A stretch of DNA of 35,210 bases from positions 1 to 35,210 of the forward strand of contig JANWLI010000055.1 in assembly GCA_025450975.1 (NCBI GenBank), read 5' to 3'. The translations under genes and the position numbers were made by a program. Below, in pieces: positions 8,095 to 15,723 of the stretch. The DNA comes from Candidatus Kapaibacterium sp. (GTDB lineage: Bacteria > Bacteroidota > Ignavibacteria > Palsa-1295). The notes under the pieces are model-generated. The model was not told where the DNA came from. It made no database searches and was given only the letters and a program-made list of their open reading frames with translations. The first letter of the stretch is position 1; each line of letters starts with the position of its first letter.

Positions 8095-8715
8095 TTACCC
8101 GAGAAACTTATTCCTGGCCTGCTGCAGCTCTTTGAGCAGATACTTGATATTCGGATCTTCCGACTTTTCGGCAAGCGGAAAATAATGCTTCGTCGTTTCC
8201 ATCACATACTTGATGGGGTTACGCTTGACGTTAAACTCCAGACATCGGAACGTGTCAAGGCGGTCGCAGAGCTTAAGCATCTTTGCATCGTCGGTGGCGC
8301 CGGTTAGGCGTTCGACATACTCTTTTTCGATGATCTCACGCATCTCGCCCGAGGCTTTAATGTCTTTCGTCAACATCGAGACGAGGTAGCTTGTGTAGGC
8401 GCCGAAGTTGTACTCAAGGATCTCGGGTGTCAGGACCTGCGAATCTTCGAGGACGTCGTGCAGCAATGCTGCGCAGATGATCGAGATATCGCTGATACCG
8501 AGTTCGTCGACGATGATCTTGGCGACGCGGCTTGGATGCCAGAAATACGGCGTACCATCCGGCCGTTTCTGGAATTCGTGGACGCTTTCGGCCATATCGT
8601 AGGCGTCAAGTGTCACGTTCACATCAAGGGCAGTAAGGTTGCGTTCACGGAGCATCCGCTCCATCGCAGCGCGTTCGAGATACGTCTCGTTATATTTAAA
8701 GACTGGTAATTCCAA
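8095..8715 (-). CDS. HD-domain (p)ppGpp hydrolase-like protein (RelA/SpoT-type small alarmone hydrolase)
   Basis: 206 aa. The blocks H..RVAKIIVDELG...ICAALLHDVLEDS and AKMLKLCDRLDTFRCL match the HD/ED and KLADRLHNMR-type motifs of the SpoT/Mesh1 hydrolase domain. No synthetase domain. The annotated start is TTG, and an ATG (Met18) is an alternative. Confidence 0.75.
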   Translation of the reverse strand: MELPVFKYNETYLERAAMERMLRERNLTALDVNVTLDAYDMAESVHEFQKRPDGTPYFWHPSRVAKIIVDELGISDISIICAALLHDVLEDSQVLTPEILEYNFGAYTSYLVSMLTKDIKASGEMREIIEKEYVERLTGATDDAKMLKLCDRLDTFRCLEFNVKRNPIKYVMETTKHYFPLAEKSEDPNIKYLLKELQQARNKFLG

Positions 8716-8787
8716 GTATGCAAAAATACGACTATGGCGCCCGATAAACGCCGGAGAGAAAAATAGCCGTTCTAGTGCACGAATGCC

Positions 8788-10947
8788 TTAGCGGCCGACC
8801 GAGGGAGAGTAACTAAACCTGATATCCTCGCAATACATTTCAATCTTGATGCGGCGCTGCCCATCTGCGCCTGCGGGAAGCTGCGTGAGCTTACGAGGAC
8901 AGATCTTTGAAAGATCAAGCCTAAAGAGCTCTGCCGTGCCATCGTTAGCGAGGTAGATGAGCGATCCGGACTTTTCGAGCTGCGGCGTACAGCCTCCTGC
9001 GAGCCTGAAACTTTCAAAGTAATCGAGCCAGGGCTGCGCATCGGTTTGGGATAAAGTGAACGTCAGATTCGGATGATCGATCTTGCCGGGTTCCTTGAAA
9101 TAGTCCCTGCTATTATCGGCTGTTTGCTGTGTCGTCTTCTGCTTGAAGACGATCGACTCGACTTTGCTGACTTTCGCAGTGGGCAGACCGGCGATCTCGA
9201 GCTTGAAGTTCGCAGGCGACCATGTCTTCTGTGCAGTTGCCGGCGGTTCGATCTTTTTATTTGGCTCCGGCCTGACTTCGTGCATCGCTGCCGGCTGAAC
9301 CTTGATCGTCATGTATGCCGGATCCTTCGAGGCAGCATCGAGTGCGGGCATTTGGATCTCGGAAATGAGTGCAGCCTGGAATTCGCGGCGTGCACGCTCG
9401 TGAAAATTGAAGTCTTCCATGATGATCGCGCCACTCTTGCGCAAGTACTCTTTATTCCACGAGCTCTCGATCCAGTCATAGATCGCCGGCGTCATGCTCA
9501 GGCCCAATTGCATGGCGAAATCGCCTGCAACGCTTGGCGCTGTAGCCGCGCCTTGAAAACTCTGTAGATATCCTGCAGTTTTTCCGTCGATCTCTATGAG
9601 AAATTTGCCGGATACATAGCCGCGCCGGTTCGCATCGGAACTCCAGGTCGTTTCGGATTGCGACGCGCCTTCATCCCATTGGCGGCCGCCAATCCCACTT
9701 CCAGCGCTATCTTCGGATGACGGGCCCATAGCGATCGTGATCTCGTGATGGCCGAACTGTCCGTTCTTTTCGGCAACAAGTTTCAGAAAGTATGATTTAT
9801 TCGGTTTAGCTGTCCCCGGCGAAAGCCAGAGATTCGACGGGATCGGCTCTTTCTTGAGCGAGATGTAGCGTGGTGTGCCGACTTCGCGCAGATACCAATT
9901 GTAGTTGAACGGGCCACCGGTTGCCGAGCGTGCGCGGCCGGTGAATTCGTGCGGGGCGTCCGGATCGAGTGGCATCGTCTGCGGCGCAGTGATACGGACT
10001 TCGATCGGTGTCTTGACGACGATCGGTTCGCCGAGGCGATTGATATCGGGAATACCGTCGCCATCGATGTCGATATTGCCTTCGCCACAATCATCGGAAA
10101 CCGTAAACGAGAACGGTGTTGCCCAGCCATCCTGATAGCTTACCAACGGCCGTCCTTGAAAATCAAGTGCGCGGACGCTCCAGGCATAGCGCTTCCCTAC
10201 TTCGGGATAAAAATATTCGACGGGCCAGATCAGCTCCGTGAGTCCCATCAGTTCGCGCTCAAATACCGGGCGTGCACTGCGAAGCGCCGTCGATGGATTC
10301 TGTCCGGCGAGAACTTCGAAGACTGAGAGTCGGTAACGAACGGGCTCCATCGGAGCCGGAACCACGGGAGTCCAGCGGAACATCGGGCGCGGATTGCCGG
10401 AGTTCATCTCGATGACATTGTTCTGCCCAAGTTTGCACAGGACTGCCTGATCGGCAGGCAGGATCAGATATGGAGTCGTATAGGAAACGATCGTAACGCA
10501 CACCGGTGGCAAGAGTGCCAGTTGCTCGAGTGTCGTAGCATCAATGATCTTTATCGTGATGCAGATCGTGCCGTCGGGAATGCGCCCCGATCGCTTCGTG
10601 CTTTCGTCGAGGTTATCTTCGAAGTGCATGGCAGACATCGGTACGATATTCTCACCGTAGAAGGTGCGTATGCCAGGGTTAATCGTTTGCGGCTGCAACT
10701 TGTCGGCATTCGTGTAAGCGACAAGTTTGTTGTTATGCGAGATCTCGGCTAATATCTTCACATCGGTCGGAACCGATGGTGCATTCGTGACGATCAGCGT
10801 TACCGTATTAACACGCGATGACCAGTCCGAGAGATACGGCGACGGGTTCGGCGAAAAGATCAGCTGAGCAGACCATTGCGAGTAAGCAAACTGCGCTGCA
10901 AACGTGCAGACAAGGAAAATAGACTGTAGAAGGCGCTTTACGATCAT
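8788..10947 (-). CDS. Secreted 719-aa protein with two C-terminal tandem contractile-tail tube (Pvc1/Afp1/T4 gp19-like) domains
   Basis: Signal peptide MIVKRLLQSIFLVCTFAAQFAYSQ. The N-terminal ~440 aa are unassigned and contain an IDIDGDGIPD calcium-site-like motif. Residues ~443-556 read KFLIEIDGKTAGYLQSFQG...IYDWIESS...RKSGAIIMEDFNFHERARREFQAALISEIQMPALDAASKDPAYMTIKVQ. Residues ~578-715 read NFKLEIAGLPTAKVSKVESIVFKQK...EPGKIDHPNLTFTLSQTDAQPWLDYFESF...EKSGSLIYLANDGTAELFRLDLSKICPRKLT...IKIEMYCEDIRFSY. Both follow the tail-tube pattern block by block. Confidence 0.7.
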   Translation of the reverse strand: MIVKRLLQSIFLVCTFAAQFAYSQWSAQLIFSPNPSPYLSDWSSRVNTVTLIVTNAPSVPTDVKILAEISHNNKLVAYTNADKLQPQTINPGIRTFYGENIVPMSAMHFEDNLDESTKRSGRIPDGTICITIKIIDATTLEQLALLPPVCVTIVSYTTPYLILPADQAVLCKLGQNNVIEMNSGNPRPMFRWTPVVPAPMEPVRYRLSVFEVLAGQNPSTALRSARPVFERELMGLTELIWPVEYFYPEVGKRYAWSVRALDFQGRPLVSYQDGWATPFSFTVSDDCGEGNIDIDGDGIPDINRLGEPIVVKTPIEVRITAPQTMPLDPDAPHEFTGRARSATGGPFNYNWYLREVGTPRYISLKKEPIPSNLWLSPGTAKPNKSYFLKLVAEKNGQFGHHEITIAMGPSSEDSAGSGIGGRQWDEGASQSETTWSSDANRRGYVSGKFLIEIDGKTAGYLQSFQGAATAPSVAGDFAMQLGLSMTPAIYDWIESSWNKEYLRKSGAIIMEDFNFHERARREFQAALISEIQMPALDAASKDPAYMTIKVQPAAMHEVRPEPNKKIEPPATAQKTWSPANFKLEIAGLPTAKVSKVESIVFKQKTTQQTADNSRDYFKEPGKIDHPNLTFTLSQTDAQPWLDYFESFRLAGGCTPQLEKSGSLIYLANDGTAELFRLDLSKICPRKLTQLPAGADGQRRIKIEMYCEDIRFSYSPSVGR

Positions 10948-11110
10948 TATTGCCTTTCTTGGGCGTCCTGCGAATATACCACATCTTCATTAGAAGGACG
11001 TTGGCTTGGTGGCCTTTGTGACAAATGGGGCAAATATCGGTTCTCACGAAAACCTGTGGGGGCTGCAACGTGTTGTATTATCGTATTATTATCCAGGGTT
11101 GTTGTTGGTT

Positions 11111-12505
11111 ATGTATTTACGGTTCGTCGGATTCATCTTACTCTTCATTTCTGCTATTCCTCTCTTTGCTCAGGAGGATAGCCTGACTGTCATTGGCACG
11201 AAGGACGTTATTACCGGCCTCGATACTCCCTGGGAGATCCTTTGGGGACCGGATAATCATATATGGATGACAGAGCGCTATGGGCGTATCAGCCGTGTCA
11301 ACCCGGAAACAGGAGAACTTACGCCGCTCATCACCATGCCGGAAGTCTATGAGACGGCCGAGGCCGGACTTATGGGAATGACACTGCATCCGCATTTTCC
11401 CGATCCGCCTTATCTCTACACTGCCTATACCGGCAAGGTTGACGATTCAACTTACGGTGTTTACATTGTTCGCTTCACTTATGCGCGGGATACGCTGGTC
11501 GACAAGCAGATCCTGATCGATCCACGACGAATTATCGGTGGCACGATTCATGACGGCTGCCGCCTTCTGATCGATAGCAACGACATGACGATGTACGTCA
11601 CGACCGGCGATGGCGAGGATTATTGGTATCCGCAGACCGATTCCATTTATAATGGCAAGGTGCTCCGCATGAACCTCGATGGCTCGGTGCCGGACGACAA
11701 TCCCATTCCCGGCAGTCATGTATGGTCTAAAGGCCATCGGAATGCGCAAGGTCTTGCCTACGGACCGCATCACTTGATGTATACTACGATGCACGGCACC
11801 TTTGAGGAAGATGAGATCAACATCATTGTCAAAGACGGAAATTACGGTTGGCCGAATATCAACGGTAAAGCTGATTTTGGTGATGAAGTTGCGTTCGCTA
11901 GTGACTCATCGGCCATTGACCCGATCTATACCTGGACTCCGACGATCGCACCGGGCGGATGTCTGTACTACGACCACGAGGAATTCCCTCAACTCCGCAA
12001 TTCCCTGCTGATCGCCATCCTCAAAGGCGATGGCGACGGTAACAGCTATATGATAGCTGCGCATCTCGACAGTGCGGGGACTGCCGTGACCGATACCGTG
12101 CGCTACTTCTACGGAGAATACGGCAGGTTTCGGGATGTCGCTATCGCTCCCGATGGAAGAGTCTTCATCTCGACAAGCAATAGAGATTCAAAGGGATTTC
12201 CAAGACAGGACGACGATCGTATTCTCATGCTCTACGCTGCGCCCCAGGTATCGGTCGCAGTTGATGAGCAGTCCACGGTTTCGATCTCACCAAATCCAAT
12301 GACTGGTGCTGCTTCGTTCGTGACGCTGCCGCACGAATTTGTCGGCGCTTCGTATGATATCGTCGATGCCTTGGGGCGTATCGTTCGGACCGGGACCCTG
12401 GAGTTCACCCAATCGCGTATCGAGCGTGGCACGCTTGCCGAAGGCGTTTATATCCTCCGCGTGCAGGGCGATGTTCCCTGCTCTACGCGGTTCGTAGTTA
12501 ACTGA
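11111..12505 (+). CDS. PQQ-dependent sugar (glucose/sorbosone) dehydrogenase family protein with a T9SS C-terminal sorting domain
   Basis: GLDTPWEILWGPDNHIWMTER.GRI..V, GLMGMTLHP.F, SKGHRNAQGLAYGP and EDEINIIVKDGNYGWP are typical of soluble GSDH beta-propellers. The tail ISPNPMTGAASFVTL...GVYILRVQG...RFVVN is T9SS-sorting-domain-like. Track ORF starts at 11006. The ATG at 11111 gives the leader MYLRFVGFILLFISAIPLFAQ. Its stop overlaps the convergent stop of the next gene by 8 nt. Confidence 0.8.
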   Translation: MYLRFVGFILLFISAIPLFAQEDSLTVIGTKDVITGLDTPWEILWGPDNHIWMTERYGRISRVNPETGELTPLITMPEVYETAEAGLMGMTLHPHFPDPPYLYTAYTGKVDDSTYGVYIVRFTYARDTLVDKQILIDPRRIIGGTIHDGCRLLIDSNDMTMYVTTGDGEDYWYPQTDSIYNGKVLRMNLDGSVPDDNPIPGSHVWSKGHRNAQGLAYGPHHLMYTTMHGTFEEDEINIIVKDGNYGWPNINGKADFGDEVAFASDSSAIDPIYTWTPTIAPGGCLYYDHEEFPQLRNSLLIAILKGDGDGNSYMIAAHLDSAGTAVTDTVRYFYGEYGRFRDVAIAPDGRVFISTSNRDSKGFPRQDDDRILMLYAAPQVSVAVDEQSTVSISPNPMTGAASFVTLPHEFVGASYDIVDALGRIVRTGTLEFTQSRIERGTLAEGVYILRVQGDVPCSTRFVVN

Positions 12506-14219
12506 GTTTCTTGAGGATCGCTTCGAACTCCGGGAGGTTGCGCAGTGGATCGAGGTCGGGATCGGTGCGAATCAACTTCAGGTTGCCAAAGCCCTTGTCG
12601 ACAGCAAGAGCGATCGCCTTAATTCCGTCGTCTAGTTTTTTATGCCGAATGAGCATACAGCCGACATTGTAAAGACTAAGTCCATCGCTGTGAGAAGAAG
12701 CTAAGAGTCTGTTGACGATATTCAGAGCTTTTTCTGTTTCGTGAAGGTCGAAGTAAAAGCTCGCAAGCCCTGCCAGGAGGAATTGATCGTCGGGCTGAAG
12801 TTTGCGTCTGTGCTCGAAGAGCGGCAAGGCGCGCTCGGCAACGTACGTTTGTCCTTGTGTGTCGCCGGTTTTCGAATACTGCACATACAGATTCCAGAAA
12901 CCGAAGATATTTTCCGGATTGACTTCCGTGCACTTCTGATACCACTCAATAGCTTGGATCGTCTTTCCTGCCTGGGAGTAAACAAACCCCATGCTCAAGT
13001 AACCCCGGATGATATTGGGTTCGAGCTCGATAATTTTTTGGGAGGCATCGATCGCTGCATCGAAATTGCCGCGGATCGTCTCGAGCGTTGCAAGGGCATG
13101 ATAGGCAACTGTGATCGTATCATTGATCGCAAGCGACCTATCGATCAGTGCTGCGACTTCGTCAAGCCACTCTTTGCGCTGTTCGTAAACACGATAGAGG
13201 ACGAGCAATGCCGACGCCTTGATCGCCATAGCAGCAGCAAAGCCGGGATCAATAGTCAGCGCTTCGTCGAGCAACTCAAGGGCATGCGTAATCGCTTGCT
13301 TTGTGCTCTGTTCGATGAAGCTTCCGGCACGCATATAAAATTCATAGGCTTCGGCGCTTTCGGTCAGACGCGCGGTTAGCTTCTCTTTATCTATCAGCGA
13401 GAGTGTGACTTTCAGCGCATCGATGGTCTTTCGTGCAACGGCTTCCTGGATGTCAAAGATATCATCCATGACGCCGCGATGCGCCTCATTCCAGATATAC
13501 TCGGTCGAGCGCGAGTCGTAGAGAGCGACAGTGATCTTGATCTGCTCGCCGTGCTTGCGAACTGCACCTTCGATGCAGTAGCGGACTTTCAGCGCTTGTG
13601 CAATTGCCTGCAGGCTTCCCTTGTAGCCTTTGTAGCCCATGGCAGTGCGGCGATCGGTGACGCGAAGCGACTGGATGCCGGAGAGTGCGTTGATCAGTTC
13701 GTCGGCAAGGCCGTCGGCGAACCACTCGTTGTCCTTGCCTGCTGAGAGATCTTCGAATGGGAGAACGGACAGCGAGACGCGTTCGTCTTTCGGTGCAGGT
13801 TGCTGAGCGGGTTGTGGCGCAACGGGCGTCGAGCCCGCGACGGCGCCGATTCGATCAAGGCCTCGAAGAATACCGTCGAAGTCGGCGTACTTGACTCGCT
13901 GCAGACCCGCCAGTTGGTAGCGAAGGTCGGCAGTGAGGTCGACGTGTTCGAGGTCGACGGGGATGATGGTCTTGCGCGACTCCGATGCGAGTGAGACTTC
14001 TTTGACAACATTATGCGATGCGACGGAGCTTTCGGAGAGCAGAAGGAGCACTACCTTGCACGTATCGATAGCGGTGACGATCTCGCGGGACCAGCTCGTG
14101 GCCGCTTCGATGCCTTGCGTATCGATCCAGATCGAACATCCGGATGCTCGCAAGCGCTCTGCTAAGGAGAGCGCTTGTTCTTTATCGCGGCGTGAATATG
14201 ATATGAAGACGTCTGACAC
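12498..14219 (-). CDS. TIR domain protein with a central alpha/beta module and a C-terminal TPR-like array (paralog of 2394..4109)
   Basis: 573 aa with a GTG start. (M)SDVFISYSRRDKEQALSLAERL...SIWID...VLLLLSESSVASHNVVKEVSLA is a TIR domain with E74 conserved. LSVLPFEDLSAGKDNEWFADGLADELINALS...RYCIEGAV...IKITVALYD is the central module, followed by TPR-like repeats. By manual count 49 of the first 80 residues are identical to the 2394..4109 protein. Confidence 0.8.
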   Translation of the reverse strand: MSDVFISYSRRDKEQALSLAERLRASGCSIWIDTQGIEAATSWSREIVTAIDTCKVVLLLLSESSVASHNVVKEVSLASESRKTIIPVDLEHVDLTADLRYQLAGLQRVKYADFDGILRGLDRIGAVAGSTPVAPQPAQQPAPKDERVSLSVLPFEDLSAGKDNEWFADGLADELINALSGIQSLRVTDRRTAMGYKGYKGSLQAIAQALKVRYCIEGAVRKHGEQIKITVALYDSRSTEYIWNEAHRGVMDDIFDIQEAVARKTIDALKVTLSLIDKEKLTARLTESAEAYEFYMRAGSFIEQSTKQAITHALELLDEALTIDPGFAAAMAIKASALLVLYRVYEQRKEWLDEVAALIDRSLAINDTITVAYHALATLETIRGNFDAAIDASQKIIELEPNIIRGYLSMGFVYSQAGKTIQAIEWYQKCTEVNPENIFGFWNLYVQYSKTGDTQGQTYVAERALPLFEHRRKLQPDDQFLLAGLASFYFDLHETEKALNIVNRLLASSHSDGLSLYNVGCMLIRHKKLDDGIKAIALAVDKGFGNLKLIRTDPDLDPLRNLPEFEAILKKLS

Positions 14220-14243
14220 ATAGCAAAGTTACGGCAGGCGGAC

Positions 14244-14296
14244 GGGCAGACGGGCAGACGGTCAGACGTTCAGAGGGGGCGGACGGTCAGGCGTTC
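14244..14296. repeat. Left arm of the GC-rich short-period array flanking the four-helix-bundle gene
   Basis: Octamer-like units gacgggca gacgggca gacggtca gacgttca, then gagggggc ggacggtcaggcgttc. Imperfectly complementary to 14724-14775. Confidence 0.8.
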
Positions 14297-14337
14297 GAAT
14301 ACGTATGTTTGTAATCATTCATTAATCATTATAACAC

Positions 14338-14700
14338 ATGTCGAACATTACTACCTACCGTGACCTACTTGTGTGGCAAGAGGCAATGAACCTCTGCGAA
14401 CTTGTATATGAATTGACACATCGGTTTCCCGATAGAGAATTATATGGTTTAACTTCTCAATTGCGTCGAGCATCGGTTTCCATCCCTTCCAATATTGCCG
14501 AAGGACACGGAAGACGAGGTTCAAAAGAGTTGTCGCATCATCTTTCGATTGCAAAAGGATCACTTTGCGAACTCGAGACACAAATACTCTTGTCCGTTCG
14601 ACTGCATTTTCTTTCAAAGGAAGATGGAGACAGATTCTGGACTAAAGTTCAGGACGTTGGAAGATTGCTGAATGCCTTTATCAGATCTTTGCTACCGTAA
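14338..14700 (+). CDS. Four-helix-bundle protein (23S rRNA intervening-sequence protein / Avd family)
   Basis: 120 aa. YRDLLVWQEAMNLCELVYELTHRFPDRELYGLTSQLRRASVSIPSNIAEGHGRRGSKELSHHLSIAKGSLCELETQILLS is the hallmark of this family (W.KA..L....Y.....FP..E.Y.L..Q.RRA..SI..NIAEG.....). Confidence 0.85.
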   Translation: MSNITTYRDLLVWQEAMNLCELVYELTHRFPDRELYGLTSQLRRASVSIPSNIAEGHGRRGSKELSHHLSIAKGSLCELETQILLSVRLHFLSKEDGDRFWTKVQDVGRLLNAFIRSLLP

Positions 14701-14723
14701 TCGCGCAGCATCCATTTAGACCT

Positions 14724-14775
14724 GAACGTCTGATCGCCTGCCCCCTGCACGTCTGTCCGTCCGACCGTCTGCCCC
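14724..14775. repeat. Right arm of the GC-rich short-period array flanking the four-helix-bundle gene
   Basis: gaacgtctgatcgcctgccccctgcacgtctgtccgtccgaccgtctgcccc. Its reverse complement aligns with the left arm. Exact complementary blocks include gggcagacggtc (14252-14263) with gaccgtctgccc (14763-14774), and agggggc (14274-14280) with gccccct (14740-14746). Confidence 0.8.
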
Positions 14776-15623
14776 TAGCGCCTTCCCCACTGCATAAACC
14801 TGCCGCGCTGGATGTCGACCGTAGCTGTATCGCTGAAGGTCCCTTGCGGGTTCGTGCGCCAGATGATGAGCGTTGCCGTACCGTCGCCATTGAAGGTGGC
14901 GTCGACGTCGCGGACGATCGAGAGGCCGTTCTGGCCGGTGGCGGTGTAGTGCGAGGTGGCCGTGCCTGTCATCCAGATCGGGCTGTCCTTGTTGTCGCGG
15001 TGGAGTTCGTTGTTGTTGAAGGTGACGGTCTGCTCGACATTCACTTCCTTGCCGCCGGCAGCTGTGGTCAGTGTATGAACACCGCTGCGCCAGTAGGTGC
15101 CGTTGAGTGTTGGCGGAGCGCCGCCTGCGCCGAGGTTGGTCAACTCCCATGCGGCATGTGAAGTGTCGTTGAGGTCGATGCGTGGGCTTGTTGCCATTAG
15201 TCGGCCATCGACAGTCATCGCGATCTTCGTCGTTATGCCTTTGGTGAAATCGGCCGTTGCGATGGGGCCGGTGAAGAAATTGTAGCGATAGACGAGGCTT
15301 GCCGAGTAGCTCGAGTTATTGAACGTGCGTTCGCGGCTTAGGGTGATGATGTGCGTCTTCGTCGCGTCGTCGTAGGCGGAGTCGCGGGCCTGGACTTCGT
15401 TCTTGCCGGAAGCGAAGTTGCCGATGCTGAAGCCTTCGGCGAGGTTCGACGCATCGCCCATGGAGGCGCCGGCGCCGCCGGTTTCCGTGCCGATGATCGA
15501 GCCGAAGCCATCGGCCGCAGCCTCGGAGCCGTAATCGCCTTCGGAACTGGTGGAATCGTCCTTGCAGCCGGTAAGCGAAAACACGGCAAGCGATGCAATA
15601 AGAAGGGGGTGATAGAATTTCAT
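14775..15623 (-). CDS. Hypothetical lipoprotein
   Basis: Track ORF runs to 15674 (TTG start). The ATG at 15623 gives MKFYHPLLIASLAVFSLTGC with an L-T-G-C lipobox. The rest is Thr/Gly/Ala-rich beta-type sequence. No family recognised. Confidence 0.55.
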   Translation of the reverse strand: MKFYHPLLIASLAVFSLTGCKDDSTSSEGDYGSEAAADGFGSIIGTETGGAGASMGDASNLAEGFSIGNFASGKNEVQARDSAYDDATKTHIITLSRERTFNNSSYSASLVYRYNFFTGPIATADFTKGITTKIAMTVDGRLMATSPRIDLNDTSHAAWELTNLGAGGAPPTLNGTYWRSGVHTLTTAAGGKEVNVEQTVTFNNNELHRDNKDSPIWMTGTATSHYTATGQNGLSIVRDVDATFNGDGTATLIIWRTNPQGTFSDTATVDIQRGRFMQWGRR

Positions 15624-15723
15624 CGTAATACCCAAAGTTAAGTTAATGTCTATTGGAGACAGATAACACGTCAAGGTTTAATGAAATCCCGCTCACAAGA
15701 CTTGAATCTTCGGCCGATCGAAC

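Noticed and set aside
9073-10326. Several 75-165-aa ORFs on both strands inside 8788..10947
   Set aside because: They are shadow frames of the 719-aa gene and show no motifs, signal peptides or independent starts with context.
12741-13379. 212-aa + strand ORF
   Set aside because: It is antisense to the TPR region of the second TIR gene and has a low-complexity translation.
14338-14700. Diversity-generating retroelement (the four-helix-bundle protein is in the Avd family)
   Set aside because: No reverse transcriptase gene and no template/variable repeat pair with adenine-specific differences could be found anywhere in the window.
14716-15150. 144-aa Arg-rich minus-strand ORF
   Set aside because: It is an alternative frame of the lipoprotein gene 14775..15623. 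Its extreme Arg/Pro/Gln content is typical of off-frame GC-rich sequence.
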